The translations under genes were made by a program, and so were the position numbers. From Mycolicibacter algericus DSM 45454 (GTDB lineage: Bacteria; Actinomycetota; Actinomycetes; Mycobacteriales; Mycobacteriaceae): DNA of 32,000 bases. The stretch is from NCBI RefSeq assembly GCF_002086455.1, contig NZ_MVHC01000005.1:1-32000 (forward strand), written 5' to 3'. Shown here one piece after another: positions 22,207 to 31,758 of the stretch. Every line of letters starts with the position of its first letter. Position 1 is the stretch's first letter. The notes below the pieces were generated by a model. The model ran no database searches. It had not been told where the DNA came from and was given only the letters and a program-made list of their open reading frames with translations.

Positions 22207-23961
22207 TCAGGCCTCACGCAACCGCAGCGCCAGCCCGGACGCCCGCACCGCCCGCCGATCCAGCGCGGCACGGATCTCGTCCTCGGAGCCGATCACCCGC
22301 ACCTGGTGTTTGGCGCGGGTCACCGCGGTGTAGAACAGCTCGCGGGTCAGCAGCCGCGACTCCACCGGGGGCATCAGCACGGTCACCACATCGGCTTCGC
22401 TGCCCTGGCTCTTGTGAATGGTCATCGCGTACATGCTGTCGACGTCGGAGAGCCGGCCGGTGGCGAAATCCACCGCACCGGACGCCGTCGCGATCACCGC
22501 CCGCAGCCCGTCGGCGCGGGCCACGACCACCCCGGTGTCGCCGTTGCGCACGCCCAGCCCGTAATCGTTGGCGGTGACCAGCAGCGGCCGCCCGGCATAC
22601 CAGTCCGCCCACACCGGATCCCCGGTCTGCTCGGACACCCACCGCCGAATCTGATGGTTCCAGTGGTTGGCCCCGTGCGGGCCGTCGCGGTGCGCGCACA
22701 ACAGCCGGTGCTCGTCGAGGTTGCGCAACGCCTCGCCGGCATCGCCGAGCAGCGCCGCCTGGCGCACCCGCAACGCGTGCGGCACCGCGATCGCCGCCAG
22801 CTGGTCGCCCAGCGCGGCCGGGGTCGACGCGTCGAGCCATTCCCGGTGCTCGTCGCCGGAGCGCAGCAGCTCGATCACGGTGTCGCCGTCGCCGGCGCGG
22901 ATCGCCGCGGCCAGCTCACCGATCGCCTTCTTGTAGCGGTGCGCGGTCACCAGCGTCGCCACCCGGGTGCCCGGGCGGGCGGCCAAGCCGTCCACCAGGT
23001 CGGCCAGCACCGCACCGGCCTCCACCGACGCCAACTGGTCGGGGTCGCCCACCAGGATCAGCCGGGCGGTGGGCCGCACCGCCTCCAACAGCCGGGCCAT
23101 CAGCGTCAGCGACACCATCGACGTCTCGTCGACCACGATCACGTCGTGCGGCAGCCGGTTGCCGCGATTGTGCTTGAACCGCGCCGAATTTCCCGGTCGC
23201 GAACCCAGCAGCGAGTGCAACGTGCTGGCCTGCAGCCCGGCCAGTCGGGCCTGATCCTTCGGCTCGAGCCCGGCCACCACCCCGGCGACCGCCTCGGTCA
23301 GCCGGGCCGCGGCCTTGCCGGTCGGCGCGGCCAGCGCAATCCGCAACGGTCGCCGCCCGGACGCCGCGGCCTGTTCGGCCAGCAGTGCCAGCAACCGGGC
23401 CACCGTGGTGGTCTTGCCGGTCCCCGGGCCGCCGGTGAGCACCGTGACCGCCTGCGTCAACGCGATCTCGGCGGCGGCGCGCTGGTCGTCGTGGTCCGGC
23501 GGGAACAGCCGCTCGAGCCCGGGCAGCTCGACCGGCCCGTCCTGCGGCATCGACAGCGCCAGCAGGTCCGCGCAGACCTGCTCCTCCTCACGCCAATAGC
23601 GGTCCAGATACAGCAGCCCGCCCGAATCGTTGTCGTAGATGCGCAACACCTGCTTTGCGACCAGCGAGCTGGCGCGCACCGCAGCCAGCCAGGCCGCCGG
23701 CTCCGGCCAACTCAGCTCGGGAGACTCGGTGCCGTCGGCCACGGTGGCCAGCTCCACGCAGACCGACCCGGTGCGCAACGCCCGCACCGCCAGCGCCACC
23801 GCCAACGCCACCGTCTCGTCAGATTCGGCGCCCAGCGCGCAGAGCCGTTGGGCGGTATGCACATCCGCGGCTTCCAGCACGCCGGCCTCGTTGAACTCGC
23901 GCAGCACGCCGGTGGCGCCGCGCGCCACCCGCCACGACAGCGGATCAAGCTCGGTGTTCAT
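22207..23961 (-). CDS. recD: Exodeoxyribonuclease V alpha subunit RecD (584 aa)
   Basis: VLTGGPGTGKTTTV (Walker A), VIVVDETSM, and the SF1B C-terminus MTIHKSQGSE. ATG 23961 overlaps the recB TGA (ATGA). Confidence 0.9.
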   Translation of the reverse strand: MNTELDPLSWRVARGATGVLREFNEAGVLEAADVHTAQRLCALGAESDETVALAVALAVRALRTGSVCVELATVADGTESPELSWPEPAAWLAAVRASSLVAKQVLRIYDNDSGGLLYLDRYWREEEQVCADLLALSMPQDGPVELPGLERLFPPDHDDQRAAAEIALTQAVTVLTGGPGTGKTTTVARLLALLAEQAAASGRRPLRIALAAPTGKAAARLTEAVAGVVAGLEPKDQARLAGLQASTLHSLLGSRPGNSARFKHNRGNRLPHDVIVVDETSMVSLTLMARLLEAVRPTARLILVGDPDQLASVEAGAVLADLVDGLAARPGTRVATLVTAHRYKKAIGELAAAIRAGDGDTVIELLRSGDEHREWLDASTPAALGDQLAAIAVPHALRVRQAALLGDAGEALRNLDEHRLLCAHRDGPHGANHWNHQIRRWVSEQTGDPVWADWYAGRPLLVTANDYGLGVRNGDTGVVVARADGLRAVIATASGAVDFATGRLSDVDSMYAMTIHKSQGSEADVVTVLMPPVESRLLTRELFYTAVTRAKHQVRVIGSEDEIRAALDRRAVRASGLALRLREA

Positions 23962-26900
23962 GCCGCCACCCCCTGCTGCAGCAGATCCGACAGCGCCACC
24001 ACCAGCGCCGCCGGCGGCCGCCAGCTGAACACCCCGGCCGGATACCCACCGAGAATCGGGGTGTCCGGCCCGCACATGCCGCGCACGAACAGATACAGCA
24101 CCCCGCCCAGGTGCCGGTCCGGGTCATAGTCCGGTTGGCGCCAGCGCAGGAACCGGTGCAACACCGCGGTGTACAGCAGCGCCTGCAGCGGGTAATCCGA
24201 GTGCAGCATGGCCTCGGTCATCCGCGGTGGGCTGTAGTCGGCGGCGGTCTCGCCGAGGTTGTTGGTCTTGTAGTCGACGACCAGATACCGCTGATCGGGC
24301 AACCGCAACACCACGTCCAACGAGCCGGACAGATAGCCGCGCAGCGACTGGCCGCCGAGCGTCTCGGACAGCAACCGGTCGGCGTAGACCGCGAACGGAT
24401 CCTCGGGCGCCAGGTGCTCACGCAGCAGTGCGCCCACGTCGGCGACCCGCAGCTGCGTCGCGGCGCCGGCGGTGTCGCCGCCGGCCAGTGGAATCTCGAA
24501 GTCCAACTCCCGCAACCGGTCCGGTAAGCCGATCCGCCGCAACGTCAACCCGTCGGCCAGCGGGCCCAGCGGGGTGTCGTGCATCGGCACCAGCGCCGCG
24601 GCCAGCGTCTCGGCGTCGACGCCGATCGGCCACCAGGGTTCGTGCACCCGCACCTGCTCGGTCAGTTCGGCGGCCAGGTTCGCGGCGAACGGGTCGGCGG
24701 TCTCCAACACCCCGTGCACCAGCGACCCGAACGTCTTGCCGCCCGGCAGGTCCGCCATCGGCGACCGCACCTCGACGCCGTCGGCGGCGGCCGCCCGGGT
24801 GACGGTGACGTCCTCGGACTCGTCGTCACGGGTGTGGGCATCGGGTTCGGAGTGCACCCCGCTCTCCGCCTGCTCCTGTGCGCCGCGGAGCAGCGCCGAA
24901 TAGGAGGTGCGCCGCCAGCCGGCATCGATGTGGCGGTGGAAGTGACGCACCGCCAGCTCGCCGGGCGCCTCGCGCCGAACCGGCGCCGTCGGCGGACCGA
25001 TTACCGACTCCTCGACCACCGGGCCGCCCCGGTCCTGCCACGCGGTGAACACCGCCCAGGCGTCGTCGTCGGAGATCCGCGACTCACACCGGTCGGGCAC
25101 CTCGGCCTGCCCGGGCGGCCGGCCACGCAGCAGCCGCGACAGCCCGCCGTTGACCTCGTCGCCGGCCGGCGCCCACCAGGCGATCACCTGCGACTGCGCC
25201 CGGGTCAGTGCGACATAGGTGATGCGGATGTGGTCGAGCGCTTCCTCCCGCCGGTGCAACTCCTTGACCGCCGCCATCCCGGGGCTGCGGGACCCGCCGA
25301 TGTGCAGGCAGCGGACCTCGGCACCGTCGGTGCCCGTCTCGTGGTAGAGCAGGTTGCCCTCGGCGGCGATATAACGGCGAAACATGAAGGGCAGGTACAC
25401 GATCGGGAACTGCAGGCCCTTGGCAGCGAACACCGTCATGATCTGCACGGCACCGGCGTCACTGTCCAGCCGGCGGTTGCGCTCCACTGCACCGGTGCGG
25501 TCCTCACGTTGGCGGCGCAACCAGTCCCGCAGCGCCGGCAGGCCGAGCCGGTCGGCGTGCGCGGCCTCATGCAGCAGCTCACCGATGTGGGCCAGGTCGG
25601 TCAGGTGCCGCTCGCCGCCGCGTTGGCTCAGCACCCGCCGCCCCATCCCGGCGAGCTGCGCGGCCTCCAACACCGCCGCGACGCCGCGCAACCGGACATG
25701 GTCGGCCCACTCGCGCAGCGTCTCGGTGACCCGGTCGGTGAGCGAGTCGCCTTCGCGGGCCAGCGATTCCGCGGACTCGCCGAAGAACATCGTGCAGGCC
25801 GCCGCGCGCACCAGCCCGGTGCGGCCCGGCTGGTCGAGGGCCTCCAACAGGCACAGCCAGTCCTCGGCGGCCCGGGAGGCGAACACGTCGGTGTCGCCGG
25901 TGTAGACCACCGGGATGCCCAGTTTGGTCAGCGCGTCCCGGCACAACGCCGCATCCTGGTGCTGCTCGACCAGGATCGCGATGTCACCGGCGCACAGCGC
26001 CCGGTCGCCGTAGCGGGCGCCGGAGTTGAGCAGGGCGCCGACGTCGGCCGCCAGGTCAGCCGGAATGTGTTCGCGCAGTGGGCCGATCAGCAGGCTGTCG
26101 AGACCGTCTTTGCCCAGCGTGGGCCGTTTGACGACCCGCAGCCGGAACGGGGCGTTGTGCGGCGCCCCGCTGAGCCGATAGCCGGTGTGGTGGGCCTCGA
26201 TGGGTGGCACAACGATCTCCGGGTGGCCCAGCTGGGCGCCGCCGAGCACGGTCTGCAGGCTGTCGACCAGCGCCTTGTCGCTGCGGTAGTTGGTGGCCAG
26301 GGTGCGCCGGTCGCCGGCGGCGCGGACCGCGGCCAGGTAGGTGTAGATGTCGCCGCCGCGGAAACCGTAGATCGCCTGCTTGGGGTCACCGATGAGCACC
26401 AGCGTGGACTGCCCGCCGAAGGCGCGGTCGATCACCTCCCACTGCACCGGGTCGGTGTCCTGGAATTCGTCGACCATCACGATCGGCCATCGCCGGCGCA
26501 TCCGTTCCGCGGCGTCGGATCCGCTGCGCCGCAGGGCTTCGGCCAGCCGGGTCAGCAGGTCGTTGTAACCGAGCACCCCGAGCCGGCGTTTGCGGTGCTC
26601 GAGCTCGTCGAGCACCGCCTCGGCGAACGCCCGTCGCACTCCCGCCTCGGATTCGGGGTCGGGATGCTGCGGGCGCAGCTGCGCGGCCGGGTCTTCCACG
26701 ACCCTGCCGGCCAACTCGAGCGCTTCTTTGCGCGTCATCGGCGGCTTGTTCTCGTCGTTGCCGAAATGCGCCAGGTAGTGGTCGTCGACGATCTCGGTGA
26801 CCAGATCGGTCAGGCTTTCCAGCAGGGTCGCGGTCGAAGCCGTATCACCGGCCACGCCAAGTGATTTCAGCACCATGGCGCAGAATTGGTGAATGGTGAC

Positions 26901-27251
26901 GATCGTCGCGGCGTCGAAGTCGGTCAGCGCATTGCGCAGCCGGGCGCACGCCTCCCCGGCCTCGCCGGTGGTGAGCAGATGGTGCTCCAGATCGTTGGCG
27001 GGCTCCCGGCGGCCCTCCAGCACCGCCAGCGCGTCACCGATCTGGCCGCGCACCCGTTCCCGCAGCTCCCGGCTGGCCACCCGGCCGAAGGTGATCAGCA
27101 GCAGCTGGTCGACACGGGCGACCCCGTCAGCCAGATAGCGGGTCACCAGACCGGCCAGCGTGAAGGTCTTACCGGTGCCGGCGCTGGCCTCCAGCACCAC
27201 GGTGGACCGCTCGGCGGGCAGCGGACCGAGCAGATCGAAGCGATGTGTCAC
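23958..27251 (-). CDS. recB: Exodeoxyribonuclease V beta subunit RecB (1097 aa)
   Basis: VLEASAGTGKTFTL, VDEFQDTDP and a UvrD-like core are present, along with a C-terminal RecB-family nuclease (..LVVDYKTN..). GTG 27251 overlaps the recC TGA (GTGA). The 81-codon upstream extension is Arg/Gly/Pro-rich and not credible. Confidence 0.92.
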   Translation of the reverse strand: MTHRFDLLGPLPAERSTVVLEASAGTGKTFTLAGLVTRYLADGVARVDQLLLITFGRVASRELRERVRGQIGDALAVLEGRREPANDLEHHLLTTGEAGEACARLRNALTDFDAATIVTIHQFCAMVLKSLGVAGDTASTATLLESLTDLVTEIVDDHYLAHFGNDENKPPMTRKEALELAGRVVEDPAAQLRPQHPDPESEAGVRRAFAEAVLDELEHRKRRLGVLGYNDLLTRLAEALRRSGSDAAERMRRRWPIVMVDEFQDTDPVQWEVIDRAFGGQSTLVLIGDPKQAIYGFRGGDIYTYLAAVRAAGDRRTLATNYRSDKALVDSLQTVLGGAQLGHPEIVVPPIEAHHTGYRLSGAPHNAPFRLRVVKRPTLGKDGLDSLLIGPLREHIPADLAADVGALLNSGARYGDRALCAGDIAILVEQHQDAALCRDALTKLGIPVVYTGDTDVFASRAAEDWLCLLEALDQPGRTGLVRAAACTMFFGESAESLAREGDSLTDRVTETLREWADHVRLRGVAAVLEAAQLAGMGRRVLSQRGGERHLTDLAHIGELLHEAAHADRLGLPALRDWLRRQREDRTGAVERNRRLDSDAGAVQIMTVFAAKGLQFPIVYLPFMFRRYIAAEGNLLYHETGTDGAEVRCLHIGGSRSPGMAAVKELHRREEALDHIRITYVALTRAQSQVIAWWAPAGDEVNGGLSRLLRGRPPGQAEVPDRCESRISDDDAWAVFTAWQDRGGPVVEESVIGPPTAPVRREAPGELAVRHFHRHIDAGWRRTSYSALLRGAQEQAESGVHSEPDAHTRDDESEDVTVTRAAAADGVEVRSPMADLPGGKTFGSLVHGVLETADPFAANLAAELTEQVRVHEPWWPIGVDAETLAAALVPMHDTPLGPLADGLTLRRIGLPDRLRELDFEIPLAGGDTAGAATQLRVADVGALLREHLAPEDPFAVYADRLLSETLGGQSLRGYLSGSLDVVLRLPDQRYLVVDYKTNNLGETAADYSPPRMTEAMLHSDYPLQALLYTAVLHRFLRWRQPDYDPDRHLGGVLYLFVRGMCGPDTPILGGYPAGVFSWRPPAALVVALSDLLQQGVAA

Positions 27252-30200
27252 GAGAGCACCTCCGCGCTCAGCAGCGGTGCCCACAGCCGCACCGCCAGCG
27301 CCCCCAGCCGGGTGCCCTCGCCGGTGACCTCCTCGCCGGGACGCGGGACGTCCAGCAGAGTGTCCAGCGGGGCGTGCTGTCCCCACACCTTGATGTGGGC
27401 GGCGTCGGTGGACTCGCCGAACTTGCCGCCCCAGGCGCCCCGGGCGGCGCCGACCGGGTCCTCCTTCTCGCGGCGGGCCGCAGCCCAGGCACACGACGTC
27501 GCCAGCGGCAGCGGCAGCGGCTCACGCCGGCCCGCGTCGTAGATCGCCACCAGGTCACCGAGCACCGCCACCGGGTCCGGTGGCGGCACGAAATGTCGCT
27601 GCCGGATATGGCTGCGGCCCACGCCCCGCCCGATGCACAGCGCGCTCCACTGGGTGTCCGGGTATTGGGCCGCCAACGCCAGCAATGGAATCCAGGATGC
27701 CAGCACATGCTTGGGCGCCAGCCGCGAGTAGACCACCGACACGGTGCGGCTGCCGTACACCCCGGACACCGTGCCGGTGAGCCGGCGCCCTCGCAGATCG
27801 ACGTCGATGTCGTAGGCGTCCGGGTCCCCGACCCGGTGGGCGAACGCGGCCTCGGCCAATGCCCGGGACAGGTCGCGGATCTCGCAGGCGGTGCGCATGC
27901 CGAGCCGCCCCGGCGGCAGGGTGCCGCGGCGCCACTCGGCGTTCGCGGCGTCGTCGGGGTGCATGCCGGCGAGCATGTCGGAGAGCATCCGATCACCGAC
28001 CGCCCACTGCGCCAGGCCCTCGATCTCGACGGGCATGGCGTCCTGGACGCCCTCGACGTCCCAGGGCAGCGTGTAATCCAGTGCCCGGAAATACCCCTTG
28101 ACCGGATCCTTGAAGAATCGGGTCAGCTCTTCGAGTTCCACGTCGGTGACCGGTGGCGGCGGCAACAACGCGGCGAAAGTGTCGGTCGGTTCGGTGCGTT
28201 TCCCGGCGGCGGCCTCGGCGGCGGTCAGCGCCGTCGGGTCGAAGGTGAACGGCCGGCCCGGCACCCCCAGTGCGCCCGGCTCGACATTGCGGATGTCGAA
28301 GGGCTGCAACGGGTGCCGCACCACGACGTGGCCGCGGACCGGCGCCTCGGTGGCGATGTCGAGCGCGTCGAGCAGCTCGGCGAGCGGCACCGCCGGCGGG
28401 CGCAGCTTGCCGGTGCTCTCATCGGCGCCGGCGTAGGTGATCACCAGCGTCTCGGTGGCCGCGCACACCGCATCCAGCAGCAGCTGCCGGTCCTCGGACC
28501 GCACGTCGCGTTCCCCGGTCAACGGGCGCCGGCACAACACGTCGTCGCCGTCGATGTGATCCGCCCGCGGGAACACCCCGTCGTCGAGGCCGACCAGACA
28601 CACCACCCGGTGCGGCACCGATCGCATCGGCACCATGGTGCACACCGTCAGGCCGCCGGTGCGGAAGTTGGCACGGGTGGGCCGCCCGGCCAGGTGCCCG
28701 GCCAGCAGGGCACGCACGTCGGAGAGTTGCAGCGCGGTCTGGGCGTGCGAACCGGCCTGCACCACCACATCGGCCAGTTCGCGCTGCAACTGGCCGGTCT
28801 GCCAACCGTCGTCGATCGAGACCCGGGTCAGCGCGGTCACGCCGTCGATCAACGCGGCGATCCACTCGCTGAGCGGCCGTGACCCGGTGAGCGCATCGGC
28901 GGCGGTCTGCAGCCGTGCCACGAACTCGGCCAGCCGCCCGGCCAGCTCCACCCGGTTGCTGCCGACGTCGTCGAGCGGCAGCGCGGTGCCCAGCCAGGCC
29001 CGGGAATCCTCCGACATCGCCACCCCGGTCAGGATCCGGTCCAGCCCGAACCGCCAGGTGTTGTGCTGAATGGTCTTGAGCCCGTACGGCTCCCGATGCG
29101 CGGCGTCGAAGCTCCACCGGACGTTGGCCTGCTGCACCCAGGAGGTGATGTCCTCCAGGTCGTCGTCGGTGAACGTGAACCGGGCCCGCACCGGTGCCGC
29201 CTGCGCCAGGTTGAGCACCGCACTGGCGGTGGCGCGGCTGTCGGCGATACCCAACAGTTGCTCGGCCACCCCCAGCAGCGGGTTGGTCTGGGTCAGCGCC
29301 CGGTCGGCCAGCTGCACCCGCAGTGAGTGCGCGGGATGGCTCTCGCCGGCCAGCTCACCGAGCCCGAAGCCGGCGACGATCAGCGGCGCATAGGTCTCGA
29401 TGTCCGGGCACATCACCACGATGTCGCGCGGCTGCAGCGTCGGGTCGTCTTCGAGCAGGCCGAGCAACACCTCGCGCAGCACGTCGACCTGGCGGGCCGG
29501 GCCGTGGCAGGCGTGCACCTGCACCGAACGGTCCGCCGGTGTGGCGCAACGCCCGTCGGGCCGCACCGCATTGGCGGCGATGTCGGCCTGCAGCCAGCCC
29601 AGCAGGGTGCCCGGTTGGGCCGCGGCGCCGAGGTAGTCATCGCCGGCCGGCGTCGCGGGCAGGGCGCGCTGCAGTTCCCGCAGATCTCGGCCCAGGGTCT
29701 GCAGCAGCGGATGCGTAGCGCGGTCGCGGCTGTCGTCGTCGGTGCGCGGCACCGCCCCGTGCACGCCGCGCAGCGCCTGCCACAGCGCATCGGAGGGGTG
29801 CGGCAGCCACAGGTGCAGCTCGTGGTGGGTGGCCAGGGCGTCGAGCAACTCGATGTCGGTGCACGACAGCCGGGTATGCCCGAACAGGCTCAGCCGGGCC
29901 GGCAGCGTGTCGGCGGGTGCGCCGCGCAGCCGGTCGACGGCGCGGCGGTGCCGAACGTGTGGGGGATCAGCCGGAATGGCCGCGGCCAGCGCCCGCCACA
30001 GCGGCGGCTGCCAGGCCAGGTCGTGATCCAACTGCCCACCCGCGCCGTCGCCGCGCCCGCCGTCGAGCCAGTCCGCCAGCATCTCAGGCCGCTGCCGGGC
30101 GTAGGAGGCGAACAGCCCGGCCAGCCGCCGCGCCACCGCGTAGCGCCGGCCACGTCGCACCTGCGCGTCGTCACCGTCGTGAAAATGGCCCAAATGCGTT

Positions 30201-30541
30201 GCCAACGTGCGGCACCAGTCCTCGTCGAGGCTGGTGTCGATCACCGACAGCAGCGGCCAGCTCATCGCGTCCGGCGACCACGGGTCCTCATCGGCGATCC
30301 CGGTGATCTCGGCGATCAGCGACGCCGGATTGCGAAACTCCACCCCCGCGCACACCCCGTCGCCCCCCGAACCGGCGCCGAGCACATGCGACAGCCGCTG
30401 GGACAGCCAGCGCTCCACGCCACGGGCCGGGACCAGCACCAGGTCCAGCGCGAACGGGTCAGCCGGCGGTGTCGCCAGCAACGCGCCCAGCCCGTCGACG
30501 AGGGCGTCGGTGCGTTCGGCGCGGTGCAGCTGCAGTCCCAT
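27248..30541 (-). CDS. recC: Exodeoxyribonuclease V gamma subunit RecC (1097 aa)
   Basis: The start MGLQLHRAERTDALVDGLGALL..DPF..LVLVPARGVERWLSQRL is typical of RecC. Size and position upstream of recB-recD fit. I prefer ATG 30541. Confidence 0.9.
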   Translation of the reverse strand: MGLQLHRAERTDALVDGLGALLATPPADPFALDLVLVPARGVERWLSQRLSHVLGAGSGGDGVCAGVEFRNPASLIAEITGIADEDPWSPDAMSWPLLSVIDTSLDEDWCRTLATHLGHFHDGDDAQVRRGRRYAVARRLAGLFASYARQRPEMLADWLDGGRGDGAGGQLDHDLAWQPPLWRALAAAIPADPPHVRHRRAVDRLRGAPADTLPARLSLFGHTRLSCTDIELLDALATHHELHLWLPHPSDALWQALRGVHGAVPRTDDDSRDRATHPLLQTLGRDLRELQRALPATPAGDDYLGAAAQPGTLLGWLQADIAANAVRPDGRCATPADRSVQVHACHGPARQVDVLREVLLGLLEDDPTLQPRDIVVMCPDIETYAPLIVAGFGLGELAGESHPAHSLRVQLADRALTQTNPLLGVAEQLLGIADSRATASAVLNLAQAAPVRARFTFTDDDLEDITSWVQQANVRWSFDAAHREPYGLKTIQHNTWRFGLDRILTGVAMSEDSRAWLGTALPLDDVGSNRVELAGRLAEFVARLQTAADALTGSRPLSEWIAALIDGVTALTRVSIDDGWQTGQLQRELADVVVQAGSHAQTALQLSDVRALLAGHLAGRPTRANFRTGGLTVCTMVPMRSVPHRVVCLVGLDDGVFPRADHIDGDDVLCRRPLTGERDVRSEDRQLLLDAVCAATETLVITYAGADESTGKLRPPAVPLAELLDALDIATEAPVRGHVVVRHPLQPFDIRNVEPGALGVPGRPFTFDPTALTAAEAAAGKRTEPTDTFAALLPPPPVTDVELEELTRFFKDPVKGYFRALDYTLPWDVEGVQDAMPVEIEGLAQWAVGDRMLSDMLAGMHPDDAANAEWRRGTLPPGRLGMRTACEIRDLSRALAEAAFAHRVGDPDAYDIDVDLRGRRLTGTVSGVYGSRTVSVVYSRLAPKHVLASWIPLLALAAQYPDTQWSALCIGRGVGRSHIRQRHFVPPPDPVAVLGDLVAIYDAGRREPLPLPLATSCAWAAARREKEDPVGAARGAWGGKFGESTDAAHIKVWGQHAPLDTLLDVPRPGEEVTGEGTRLGALAVRLWAPLLSAEVLS

Positions 30542-30594
30542 CGCGGCCACCATAAACCGCGCCACCGACAGGGGTGCCTCGTAGGCTGGGTCGC

Positions 30595-31758
30595 GTGAAA
30601 GCGGTCAGCTGCAGTAATGCCCAACTTGACGTCATCGACCTGCCGACACCGGCGCCCGCCAAAGGCCAACTGCTGCTCGGGGTGCTGCGCTCCGGGATCT
30701 GCGGGTCGGACCTGCACGCCCGCCACCACTGCGACGAGGTGGCCGAGGCGGCGGCCGAGACTGGCTACGACGGTTTCATGCGCTCGCACCAGCAGGTGGT
30801 GCTCGGCCACGAATTCTGCGGCGAGGTGCTCGACTACGGCCCCCGCACCCGCAAGGCGCCCCGCGCCGGCACCCGGGTGGTCTCGGTGCCGCTGGTACGG
30901 CGCGCCGACGGCATCCACCCCGTCGGGCTGTCGGCGGCGGCGCCGGGGTCCTACGCCGAACAACTGGTGGTCGAGCAGTCGCTGACGTTGCCGGTCCCCA
31001 ACGGGCTGTCGGCGGAGGCGGCGGCGCTGACCGAGCCGATGGCGGTCGCCTGGCACGCCGTCCGGCGCGGTGAGGTGCGCAAACGTGACGTGGCGATCGT
31101 GATCGGCTGCGGGCCGATCGGCCTGGCGGTGGTGTGCATGCTCAAGGCGAGCGGGGTGCGCACGGTGATCGCCAGCGACTTCTCGCCCGGCCGGCGCGCG
31201 CTGGCCACCCGTTGCGGCGCCGATGTCGTCGTCGACCCGGCGCAGGGCTCGCCGTACGACGCGGCCGCCGGGCACGGTCATCTCACGGGATCCGCGGATG
31301 CGTTCGGGGTCGCGGTGGGCACCGTGGAGAAGCTCTACAAGGCGCGGCTGCCCTGGTGGCATGTCTGGCGGGCCGCCGAGGCCGTCGGCGCCGCCACCCC
31401 CAAACGCCCGGTGATCTTCGAGTGCGTCGGCGTCCCGGGAGTGATCGACGGGATCATCGCCGGCGCCCCGCTGTTCTCCCGGGTCGTGGTGGTCGGGGTA
31501 TGCATGGGCAATGACACCATCCGCCCGGCGATGGCGATCAACAAGGAGACCGACCTGCGGTTCGTGTTCGGTTACACCCCAATGGAATTCCGGGACACGC
31601 TGCACATGATCGCCGAGGGCAAGGTCGATGTCACACCGCTGATCACCGGTACCGTCGGGCTCGGCGGGGTGGCGAACGCCTTCGACGCCCTGGGCGACCC
31701 GGCGCGGCATGCCAAGATCCTGATCGATCCGCAGAGCCCGTTGCAGGAGGTGTCATGA
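30595..31758 (+). CDS. Zinc-dependent alcohol/threonine dehydrogenase family (MDR) oxidoreductase (387 aa)
   Basis: GICGSDLH, LGHEFCGEV and the Rossmann motif VIGCGPIGL. GTG 30595 (VKAVS..) fits the family N-terminus better than 30574. Confidence 0.85.
   Translation: MKAVSCSNAQLDVIDLPTPAPAKGQLLLGVLRSGICGSDLHARHHCDEVAEAAAETGYDGFMRSHQQVVLGHEFCGEVLDYGPRTRKAPRAGTRVVSVPLVRRADGIHPVGLSAAAPGSYAEQLVVEQSLTLPVPNGLSAEAAALTEPMAVAWHAVRRGEVRKRDVAIVIGCGPIGLAVVCMLKASGVRTVIASDFSPGRRALATRCGADVVVDPAQGSPYDAAAGHGHLTGSADAFGVAVGTVEKLYKARLPWWHVWRAAEAVGAATPKRPVIFECVGVPGVIDGIIAGAPLFSRVVVVGVCMGNDTIRPAMAINKETDLRFVFGYTPMEFRDTLHMIAEGKVDVTPLITGTVGLGGVANAFDALGDPARHAKILIDPQSPLQEVS

Noticed and set aside
23962-24075. N-terminal extensions of recD (to 24075), recB (27252..27494), recC (30542..30565), the NYN gene (21710..21871), the antitoxin (17770..17841), the phosphoesterase (10717..10767) and the P450 (12465..12539)
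   Set aside because: The extensions are compositionally aberrant or overlap the upstream gene. The internal starts give family-typical N-termini and, for recB and recD, classic GTGA/ATGA stop-start overlaps.
22051-30598. Very long plus-strand ORFs (22051..24129 of 692 aa, 24579..26864 of 761 aa, 27245..28882 of 545 aa, 29327..30598 of 423 aa) opposite recD/recB/recC
   Set aside because: They are antisense shadows typical of high-GC DNA. Their translations are dominated by Arg/Gly/Pro/Ala/His with no motifs, whereas the minus-strand frames carry unmistakable RecBCD motifs.
30316-31710. 464-aa minus-strand ORF overlapping the Zn-dehydrogenase gene
   Set aside because: Its composition is Arg/Gly/Pro/Asp-rich junk. 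The plus-strand frame carries GICGSDLH, GHEFCGEV and Rossmann motifs.
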